Source of the DNA: Armatimonadia bacterium
GTDB taxonomy: Bacteria; Armatimonadota; Zipacnadia; Zipacnadales; UBA11051
Direction of reading: 5' to 3'
Length of the DNA: 22,429 nt
Assembly: GCA_039683575.1 (NCBI GenBank)
Contig: JBDKRC010000340.1
Location: forward strand, 1-22,429
Shown here: piece by piece, positions 8,901 through 15,853 of the stretch
Position numbering within the stretch: the first letter of the stretch is position 1
How the letters are laid out: each line of letters starts with the position of its first letter
Notes under the pieces: model-generated
The model's database searches: none
What the model saw: the letters and a program-made list of their open reading frames with translations, nothing else
Told to the model about the DNA's origin: nothing
Position numbers and translations under genes: made by a program

Positions 8901-10486
8901 TCGTGGACCCTTGGCGTGGCCTGTGCCAGTTGAATGAGCGGCATCGCCATGGTCTTCCAATGATCATTGATATGGTAGTACTTGTCAAAGTAGAGGCCGT
9001 GCATATACAGGCACAGCCCCTGGTCCAGTTGGTGGCCATCAGCGATGATGCGGTTGACGCTTTGCACGCTGCGGCCATAGGCCTGCTCATTGCGGACGCC
9101 GATCTTCAGCAGTTGGTTAGTGATGTCCAGCCGATCCTGATCGGTCAAAGACGGGGACTCTTCGACGAGGTCCCAGCCCTCCATGGCCTGGAATATCCAC
9201 TCCATCGGTCCATGCGCATTGTTCTTGGGGTTCGGCTCGGCCATCGCCACTCGCCAGATGTCGCGGCACAGCAGTGCCCAGTTTTCGCTGCCGGTCAGAA
9301 CGTAGGCGCGTGCGTAGGAGCGGGTATTATTCAGCACCCCGCGAATGGTGACGAAGGCATTGGTGGCGATCTGGTCGCGCGCAGTCTCGGCCATCTTCTG
9401 CCGGGCGGCCTCGTCGGGGCCGGGGCCGGGCACGATGCCGCTGGTCCGCGCGGTATCGCCGATGTTGATAATCGCCAGCCGAGGCAGGACCGGCCCTTTC
9501 AGCGCCTCCGCGAACAAGCTGAGCGCCAGTTTCAGCCCGGCACCGTCACTGGCCCCCAATACCACGACATTCTTCCCATAGCCAAACGGGTTGTGGACAG
9601 TGCGCACCACGGCGCCGCGCTGCCCCGTCCCCAGCATGTTCTCAGCGCTGCCAGCGGCGGTCAGGGCCACATCGTCATACCAGACCTTGCCGGGGCCGTG
9701 GAGATACATGAGAAGAGTGGCCGAGACCGCTTGCGCGGGCACTTCGAAGGGGAGCTTCGCAAGGGTCCAATCAGCCGCGGCTGGCAAGTCCACGGACGAC
9801 CCGGCTCCTTCCACCATCTTGCCTGCCGCGTCCACGTAGTAGACTACCAGCGCTCCTTTGCCCTTCTCCCCCGGCTGCAGCCTGTACCAGACCGACAGCT
9901 CGTACTTGCCCGGCGCAAGCGGCACGGCCCGGTGCAGCGCTGCCCGTGCCCCGCCTTCTGCGGTCTTCCCTTCCATCCGCACGCTATAGGGGGCGCTGCG
10001 GAAGACCTCGGCATCATAGCCACCGCTGTGTGTCGTCTCATCATGCAGCGTGATATTCCAGCCATCCGGAATCCCATTGCGGTCATCGTCGAGATCAAAG
10101 CCGTTGTTGGGCCTGCCGACGCCCGGGTAGATGCTGTCGGTAAAGTCCATCCGCATCGCATACAGGCGCCCCAGCAGGCTGTTGTCGTTGCAGTTGCCCA
10201 GGGCCAGGCAGTGTTGCTGACGGAGGTCGTCCTCGCTCAGGGCGGTGTCGAGGCGGAGGGGTAGCTTAACTCCCAGCACGCGGGCGATGTCGCCCTGCAG
10301 GGCCTGCGCCTGGGGCTCCAGAGCCTGCGGGTAGACGATCAGCGCCGAGGGCTTGCCCTCTGTCAGCAGCGATGTCTCGAGGCACAGGTCCCGGACCTTC
10401 TCGATCCTCTCTACGGTCTGGCAGTGGGCTGTTCCGGCTAACAGGAGGGCGGCTAGCAGAAGCGTGCTCTGGCGCATGGTAGACAT
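5927..10486 (-). CDS. Large secreted multidomain protein: inserted CBM4/9-like module, heparinase II/III-like lyase core, discoidin-like insert, FG-GAP/PQQ-type beta-propeller
   Basis: Signal peptide (AHC|Q), SHGHRD and HNTVLI heparinase II/III-like motifs, WRRNIVW..FFVVLD, five DxxGDGxxE-like repeats near the C-terminus, RBS AAGGA. Confidence 0.78.
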   Translation of the reverse strand: MSTMRQSTLLLAALLLAGTAHCQTVERIEKVRDLCLETSLLTEGKPSALIVYPQALEPQAQALQGDIARVLGVKLPLRLDTALSEDDLRQQHCLALGNCNDNSLLGRLYAMRMDFTDSIYPGVGRPNNGFDLDDDRNGIPDGWNITLHDETTHSGGYDAEVFRSAPYSVRMEGKTAEGGARAALHRAVPLAPGKYELSVWYRLQPGEKGKGALVVYYVDAAGKMVEGAGSSVDLPAAADWTLAKLPFEVPAQAVSATLLMYLHGPGKVWYDDVALTAAGSAENMLGTGQRGAVVRTVHNPFGYGKNVVVLGASDGAGLKLALSLFAEALKGPVLPRLAIINIGDTARTSGIVPGPGPDEAARQKMAETARDQIATNAFVTIRGVLNNTRSYARAYVLTGSENWALLCRDIWRVAMAEPNPKNNAHGPMEWIFQAMEGWDLVEESPSLTDQDRLDITNQLLKIGVRNEQAYGRSVQSVNRIIADGHQLDQGLCLYMHGLYFDKYYHINDHWKTMAMPLIQLAQATPRVHDSYSYGPIIATDFITGEYALKTGDMEFFKNGNCQQQARWSMLCTDNLGAGSPLGDDGAWRAGLPRELFARANWFYRDDTLKWYLKDNAPLIGGFANDRPAQKPTDLMGVVAFPLHENLYKMAVSTTRDAGSSEWKAEYCPPQEAFDKLSFRTDFGEQDQYMLLDGISEISHGHRDGASILRFTDNGRLFLTEGHYIETTPRQHNTVLISRNGQQWSPPPLASLEHRANLSRTGLAQVLTSAYNGTDWRRNIVWLKEGFFVVLDEVQAREAGDYDLECLWRSLGRASLTPAGRFTVDQAGQGFSIENTDGASCVLREQWEGQGSNYYASYPYSNDGLVKVLRQHRRLPLQAGQRAVFSNLLQTHEGATPSLKAERVSDNALLVSGASGKWLVGVGEIDLPGVLQTDAALWLVSDSGLVAYADATKLVVGGKAQKLVEPSAELQVAGAKAVLAKVKASPAPQTPLPKEQAPALKPLWQTELPAEARPLSSVVDLRVSSDVPPLAASTWDASYKIDLQSLARSWNALVMWSEDQVPTITLDLGQPRDISRIGLRTMWTNNSARGIRYRLARAVVTAAETPSGPFTEIASFEEKGDYPVPSYPEYLKDTPGLRARYVRVKATPQTGAGLFLQGIRLWGPTGAEEKRDPRYRPYGTSVITALAAADLDGKLGDEVIYGTVGGRVAAVAEGRQLWTAETGARVNCLATGNLTGDARPEVLVGNNGKELQCYDADGKLLWKQSFPFYWSREGNVVWASVGDINADGNNEVVIASENWHYYALDGAGKVLWSYEAVHAAVEGALGDINGDRKLELVATDEYYTGHVVSSEGKLLYSVAITQPYMSAALAADLNGDGKAEAVIGGEDMQAHVCDGAGKVVFTANVGSMVTDLQALPATGASRLLVASDGLTQNLSCYAGTGEPLWRLDLPGSPRQLAVCGKTIVAACDDGALRLVGEKGQLLGLTRFQDPVEVVVPATTAAGRLVAVCASGNLMTAIPVP
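6330..6930 (-). repeat. Five FG-GAP/VCBS-like protein repeats (approximate coordinates)
   Basis: ADLDGKLGDEV, GNLTGDARPEV, GDINADGNNEV, GDINGDRKLEL and ADLNGDGKAEA, each followed by a G..LW-type turn. Confidence 0.8.
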
Positions 10487-10502
10487 TCCTTACGGAGCTT
10501 CT

Positions 10503-10512
10503 TTGTATACAA
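10503..10512. promoter_or_regulatory. Putative GntR-family (FadR/VanR-type) operator palindrome
   Basis: Perfect palindrome TTGTATACAA in an AT-rich 58-bp intergenic gap, 16 nt upstream of the 1519-aa gene start. Confidence 0.6.
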
Positions 10513-10544
10513 TATCCAAGGCTATTCACTTACACAGGTCACGG

Positions 10545-11300
10545 CTAACGGCCGGGCACGAGGCCCCGCTTGTCATCGGATACCATGGGAACGAGCTTGG
10601 CATGCCACTTCTCCCCAAAGTGCTTGGCCATCAGGAAGTGGCCTTCTCCCCACCCCACGAGCCCGACTGCGGGTGATATGTCATACGTGGCCACCAGCTT
10701 CAGGTTGCTGTCGGCCTTCAGAAGGCCCTTCTTGCCCTCGACTGTGTAGCATCCGAACCACCAGTAGTTGTCGTGAAAGCACGCGGTCTGGATGCCGAGG
10801 TTGGTGTATCCGGAGGGAAGTACATGGGTCTGCAGATACCGGAACTCGCCGTCGTACTCGTATACATGGTTCTCATTGTAGTCTTTGGGCAGGCCACCGA
10901 TGACGAAGAAGTGCCCTCCCTGGTAGTCCAGGCCTCCGGCGCCGAAGGTGACTTCGGGGACGGGTCTGATGGCCAGCAGTGAGAGGTTAGCGGCATCGTA
11001 GACATACACTTTTGAGTCCGCGCCCGGTGTATTGAACTTGTTGGACCACGCTACGCAGACCTTGTCCCCGGCGAGACAGAGATCGCCGTGGTGGCTCGGA
11101 ACGGCAACCTGGGCCAGAACCTTGCCCTGGAGGTCGGTTTTGACCAGCATGTTGGTGAAGCTCCAATAGAGCGTGTCTTTGCCGTTACCCGTAACCCCCT
11201 GCAGGTGCAGAGGGTACTGCCCATCGCAGATGATCTCCGCCGGAAGCTCAGTCAGCGGCACCCCGGATAGCGTTGCTGCCGTCAGAAGAAGGCCAAACAT
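10545..11300 (-). CDS. Conserved-looking hypothetical protein, probable small beta-propeller, likely exported
   Basis: Short hydrophobic N-terminus, repeated beta-blade pattern (HLQGVT..LYWSF, HHGDLC..VCV, GAGGLDY..FFVI, GIQTACF..WWFG), RBS GGGAG. Confidence 0.75.
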   Translation of the reverse strand: MFGLLLTAATLSGVPLTELPAEIICDGQYPLHLQGVTGNGKDTLYWSFTNMLVKTDLQGKVLAQVAVPSHHGDLCLAGDKVCVAWSNKFNTPGADSKVYVYDAANLSLLAIRPVPEVTFGAGGLDYQGGHFFVIGGLPKDYNENHVYEYDGEFRYLQTHVLPSGYTNLGIQTACFHDNYWWFGCYTVEGKKGLLKADSNLKLVATYDISPAVGLVGWGEGHFLMAKHFGEKWHAKLVPMVSDDKRGLVPGR

Positions 11301-11509
11301 CGATGTATCTCCCTGTCATTCGGTCCCTGTCTGCTCTAGCGTCAGCCCCCTACATCCGCTGCAGGGCGGCCGCTGCAGGAATTGGTCACCGTGGCAGCAC
11401 TATCCTCCTTTGTGTTGCCTGCATGTAACGCAGATGGGCTGATATGGGGGGAGGTCATCAGAGGCTGGCGGGGAAGTGGCAGCAAACTCGCTCCCGAGGA
11501 GCCCTATCG

Positions 11510-12796
11510 ATGTACAAGCTTGATCCCGCCGCTGTATACGCCTGGCCACAAGTGCTCGATGATCCCCTCTGCAGCGCGCGCGTTGAGCGCATCCTGCGCG
11601 CCTGTGACCGCTCGCCGGACGATCTCATCCTCATCACTCCCGACTCCCTCGCCGACGTCGTGAGCCAACTGCGCGACCTGCAGCGGCCCGCGCCACGCCA
11701 GCGCGCGCTCGTGTTCAGCCAGCTCAAGGTCGATGATACAGAGCCCGACTGGGATGAACTGCTCAGCCACTGCCCTGAGGGCACCAGCCGGGAGGAGTTG
11801 GTGCAGCTCTACGGCCATGGAACGAACCTGAACTTCCGCCGCCGCGAATGGGACCAACAGACCAACCATGTCTGCTGGTGCGCCCGGGAGTTCAACACCA
11901 TCTGGGGCTGTTCCCACGGCTGCCAGTACTGCGGCATGGGTCGCGGGGGCAATAGGCTCGTTCTGGGCATGAATCTGGAGGAGTACGCTGAGAAGATCGT
12001 GCGGCCTGCGCTAATCGAGCACCCCTGGCAAAAGTGCTACCGGCTTATCGGTGCCGCAGCCGACCAGATCACTTTCGAGCCCGAATATGGCGGCTATGAA
12101 GCCATCGGCAAGGTGTTCAGCGACTTCCCCGACCGCTATATCGTCACCCACACCGCCAGCGACAACGTATACTGGCTGGCCGACTTCCCCTACCGCGACC
12201 AGATAATCCACGTCTATAGCCTCACGTCCGACCGGTACGCGGCGGCCCTGGAACCCGATACGCCGACTCCGGCGGAGCGTCTGGCCGCCGCCGCCTACTG
12301 TGAGAGTCTCGGCATCCCCTCGCGCCCCAAGCTCAAGCCGATCATACCCGTCCGCAACTGGCGGGAAGACTACGAGCATCTGATCGCCGACCTCTTCGCG
12401 CAGACTCACCCCCAGTCCGTCGGGCTATGTATCATGATGTGGATGAGCCTGGCGACTGCGCGGGAGTTCCTCGACATGAACCAGCTCGAACCGGCGTACG
12501 CCAAGGCCATGCAGGAGCAGGAGGAGGCGCTCCGTGGGGTGGACACAGGCCCCTTCCCGCCGGAGGTGCGCAAGGAGATCTACCGCTTCCTCATCGCCCA
12601 GATCCGGCGCCACGACAAAGACGTGCCGATCTACATCAGCACCGAGACCCGGGAGATGTGGGACGAGTTGGAGGCCGAGTTGGGCCAGAGCAAGAAGGCC
12701 TTCATTTGCGGCTGCGGTCCCATGGCCACCCCGGACGGGACACTGACCTTGTCGCCCGACATGAAGCTGACCACCTACTCCCCCACAGACTGCTGA
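11510..12796 (+). CDS. Radical SAM protein, spore photoproduct lyase-like
   Basis: CxxxCxxC (CSHGCQYC). SPL-like elements YSLT...LEPDT...ERLAAA and PII...W.EDY..L. Start reassigned to ATG 11510 with RBS GAGGAG. Confidence 0.82.
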   Translation: MYKLDPAAVYAWPQVLDDPLCSARVERILRACDRSPDDLILITPDSLADVVSQLRDLQRPAPRQRALVFSQLKVDDTEPDWDELLSHCPEGTSREELVQLYGHGTNLNFRRREWDQQTNHVCWCAREFNTIWGCSHGCQYCGMGRGGNRLVLGMNLEEYAEKIVRPALIEHPWQKCYRLIGAAADQITFEPEYGGYEAIGKVFSDFPDRYIVTHTASDNVYWLADFPYRDQIIHVYSLTSDRYAAALEPDTPTPAERLAAAAYCESLGIPSRPKLKPIIPVRNWREDYEHLIADLFAQTHPQSVGLCIMMWMSLATAREFLDMNQLEPAYAKAMQEQEEALRGVDTGPFPPEVRKEIYRFLIAQIRRHDKDVPIYISTETREMWDELEAELGQSKKAFICGCGPMATPDGTLTLSPDMKLTTYSPTDC

Positions 12797-12828
12797 AGCA
12801 GGGGATTTGATCCAGAAGGAGATCTGCG

Positions 12829-14511
12829 ATGCGTACGCTGACGATGATAGGACTGGTCGCGGGGCTGCTGGCACAGGCCGCTACAGCATGGTGTCAGGGC
12901 TCCGTGCCGGAAAAGAAGCTGATCGCGGTTGGTTGGGACATGCCCAACGCCGAGCGCTTCCGCGCCAGCTTCGATGTGATGGAGAAAGTGCCGCTGCAAG
13001 GCACTGGGATACGGTTCGCCGGGCCCGGCAACAAGCCCGCAATGTGGTTTTCCTTTAGCCGTGAGCCCTATGACGAGCAGGCGGTCACCAAGATCATAGA
13101 GGATCTCAAGGCGGTCCAGCCCCGGCAGTTGCGCGAGCGGTTCCTGCTGATGAACGCCAATCCGGGGGATGTTGACTGGTTTGACGACGCGGGCTGGAAG
13201 ATTATCGTGGATCACTGGCGCACGGGAGCACGCGTGGTACGCGAAGCTGGACTCGCCGGGATCATGTTTGACCCCGAAGCCTACCGCGACCCGTTCCGAA
13301 CCTTTGACTGGTCGGCCCAGCCGCAGTCAGGACAGCATACCTTCGCGCAGTACTCCGAGATGGCCCGGCGTCGCGGTCGCGAGGTGATGGCAGCGGTAGC
13401 CAAGGAAGACCCGGATGCCACTATCCTGGCCTTCTTCCTGCTCTCCATCAACCGCGCGGCAGCCGAGCGAACCGACCCCATGGGAGCGCTGTCAGGATCC
13501 GCCTACGGACTGCTGCCGTTCTTTGTGGATGGTTGGCTGGATGCCGCAACGCCGACCATGACGTTCGTGGACGGCTGCGAGGCGGCCTACCGCTTCAACA
13601 GCCGCCTGGACTTTCTGACGGCCGCTAACCTGATCCGCAACAAGTGCCAGCGCCTGGTCTCCCCCGAAAACCGCTACAAGTACCGGGCGCAGGTGCAGGT
13701 CGGCTTCGGCGTGTACCTGGATGCCTATGTCAACCCGCCGGACAACACCTGGTACATCAACCCTGGCGACCAGACGCCGGTGCGGCGCCTGGCGGACAAC
13801 GTCGCCAGCGCGCTCGAAGTCGCGGACAAGTATGTGTGGATCTACGGCGAGCAGGCCAGTTGGTTCCCAAGCCCCCATCCGACCGCCGACAAGGTCCGCT
13901 GGCCGCAGAAGCTGCCAGGGATCGAGCAGGCCCTGCGTCTGGCCTCCGACCCTATCGGCTATGTGCTCGACCTGCTCGAACAGCCTGGCGAGCGGACGAA
14001 TCTGGTCGTGAATGGCGACTTCACGTCTGCCACCGTCCCCGCTGCGACGGCCGGCGGGCAGCCGGCTGACTGGAAGGTGGGGACGGCACCGCCGGGGTGG
14101 AGCTATTGGCAGAGCGGGGCCTCCAAAGGCCGCCCGAACTGGGACCGGCAGGTCGGCCACAAGGCCCCCGGCGCTGGAGCGCTGATTGGCATGAAGTGGG
14201 GCTGCCTGATCCAGACCATCAAGGTCAATCCGGGCGAACGGTACGCGGTGGTTGGCTGGTGCAAGACGCAGGGACGCGGCACGCCCTCGCTATCCATGCG
14301 CTGGCAGACACCCGAGGGCAAGTGGCATGCCGAGTCTTCCGACGTGTCTCTCAGCACCGTCAAGTCTGACGGCGACTGGAAGCTGATGGCCGGAGCGGGC
14401 ATCGTGCCGGAGGGCGCCGGGAAGCTGGTGCTGCTGCCGTCCGCTGATGGCCAACAGTCGGAAGATGATATCATCTGGTGGGACGATGTGATGGCGTTCA
14501 GGATCGAGTAG
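12829..14511 (+). CDS. Secreted hypothetical protein, putative (beta/alpha)8 hydrolase-like domain plus C-terminal CBM4/9-like domain
   Basis: Signal peptide (AWC|Q), GIMFDPEAY motif, NLVVNGDF...WWDDV module, RBS AAGGAG. Confidence 0.7.
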   Translation: MRTLTMIGLVAGLLAQAATAWCQGSVPEKKLIAVGWDMPNAERFRASFDVMEKVPLQGTGIRFAGPGNKPAMWFSFSREPYDEQAVTKIIEDLKAVQPRQLRERFLLMNANPGDVDWFDDAGWKIIVDHWRTGARVVREAGLAGIMFDPEAYRDPFRTFDWSAQPQSGQHTFAQYSEMARRRGREVMAAVAKEDPDATILAFFLLSINRAAAERTDPMGALSGSAYGLLPFFVDGWLDAATPTMTFVDGCEAAYRFNSRLDFLTAANLIRNKCQRLVSPENRYKYRAQVQVGFGVYLDAYVNPPDNTWYINPGDQTPVRRLADNVASALEVADKYVWIYGEQASWFPSPHPTADKVRWPQKLPGIEQALRLASDPIGYVLDLLEQPGERTNLVVNGDFTSATVPAATAGGQPADWKVGTAPPGWSYWQSGASKGRPNWDRQVGHKAPGAGALIGMKWGCLIQTIKVNPGERYAVVGWCKTQGRGTPSLSMRWQTPEGKWHAESSDVSLSTVKSDGDWKLMAGAGIVPEGAGKLVLLPSADGQQSEDDIIWWDDVMAFRIE

Positions 14512-14538
14512 TTGCCGTTCGCCTAAGGAGCAAGAAAG

Positions 14539-15822
14539 ATGAAACTGAAGATCGGTCTCTGCGGAGCCGGGAAGTTTGGGACGTGCTTCGTGCCCGTCTT
14601 CCAACGCCACCCTGACGTGGCAGAAGTCTACCTGGCCGATGTGCTGCCTGACCGCCTGGCCCGCGAAGCGGCTCGCTTTGGCGTCACGAAGACCTTCGAC
14701 TCGCTGGAGGCCCTGTGCCGCAGCGACTGCGATTGTGTGGCTCTGTTCACCCAGCGCTGGCTGCATGGCCCGCAGGCGGTACAGGCCCTGAAGGCCGGCA
14801 AGCATGTCTACAGCGCCGTGCCCGCTGCCATTACGCTGGAGGAACTGGGCGAACTGGTGGATACCGTCAAGTCCACTGGCCTAATCTACATGCTGGGCGA
14901 GACCAGCTACTACCGCGCGCAGACCACCTTCTGCCGCGACAAGTTCGCGCGCGGTGAGTTCGGGGACTTCGTCTACGGCGAGGGCCAGTACCATCACGAC
15001 ATGGCGCACTTCTACGCCTCTTACATGCACAGTGGCGGCGATGCCTGGAAGCCCACGGCGAGCTTCCCGCCGATGCTCTACCCCACCCACTCCACGACCT
15101 TCGTCCTCGGCGTGACCTTCGCCCGCATGACCGAAGTCTCGTGCTTCGGCCAGGTGGATCGCCACGACGACGGCGTGTTCCGGGCAGAAACGAGCCTCTG
15201 GGGGAATGTGTTTAGTAACGAATCGGCCCTGTTTCGCACCTCGGACGGCGGTATGGCGCGTGTGAATGAGTTCCGCCGGGTCGGCGCGGGCGACGGCCGC
15301 ATGACCATCATGGGCACCCGCGCGGCGTATGAAGAGCAGCCGGGGCAAGGGGTCTTCACGTGGCTCGACTTCCCCGAGGACTTCGGCCACGGCGATGAGA
15401 TCCCCTACCGCGAGGCGGCCAAGCTTGTGCCGCTGAAGCGCGAGGATGTCAGCAACATTCGTGTCTTTGACGGAGTCGAAGTCACCGAGGAGAACCTGGG
15501 CGATCTGCCGCGTGAGTACCTTGGGAAGAAGTTCCTGGGGTTGTCGTCCGCGCAGCCCTTCTGGCAACTGCCCGTGGAATTCGCTGGAGTGCCCAACGGC
15601 CACGACGGCACGCACGTCTTCCTGGTCAACGACTTCGTGCGCTCAGTTGTGGCGCAGAAGCTTCCCCCCAACCACGTGTGGCAGGCAGCCCGCTACAATG
15701 CGCCGGGCATGGTGGCCCACGAGTCCGCAAAGCGCGATGGCGAGCGCCTGCCGATTCCCGATTTCGGGATGCCGCCGGCTGATTGGGCTGTGCTGGATAC
15801 GACCCGCCCGCTGCAGCCGTAG
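14539..15822 (+). CDS. Gfo/Idh/MocA family NAD(P)-dependent oxidoreductase
   Basis: Rossmann motif IGLCGAGKFG, H..QAVQALKAGKHVYSAVP, YMLGET, YPTHS, RBS AAGGAG. Confidence 0.9.
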   Translation: MKLKIGLCGAGKFGTCFVPVFQRHPDVAEVYLADVLPDRLAREAARFGVTKTFDSLEALCRSDCDCVALFTQRWLHGPQAVQALKAGKHVYSAVPAAITLEELGELVDTVKSTGLIYMLGETSYYRAQTTFCRDKFARGEFGDFVYGEGQYHHDMAHFYASYMHSGGDAWKPTASFPPMLYPTHSTTFVLGVTFARMTEVSCFGQVDRHDDGVFRAETSLWGNVFSNESALFRTSDGGMARVNEFRRVGAGDGRMTIMGTRAAYEEQPGQGVFTWLDFPEDFGHGDEIPYREAAKLVPLKREDVSNIRVFDGVEVTEENLGDLPREYLGKKFLGLSSAQPFWQLPVEFAGVPNGHDGTHVFLVNDFVRSVVAQKLPPNHVWQAARYNAPGMVAHESAKRDGERLPIPDFGMPPADWAVLDTTRPLQP

Positions 15823-15853
15823 TACTGAGGAGCAATTCAGGAGTATCGGACTG

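Noticed and set aside
7694-10264. 340-aa and 453-aa + strand ORFs
   Set aside because: Antisense shadows of the 1519-aa gene.
11510-12796. Calling the gene splB, or a RiPP maturase
   Set aside because: SPL catalytic residues appear absent, and there is no SPASM motif or convincing precursor peptide nearby.
15446-15853. N-terminal extension of the LarA-like ORF (possible fusion or frameshift)
   Set aside because: Low-complexity off-frame read through the oxidoreductase gene; there is a good RBS at 15854 and no slippery site was seen.
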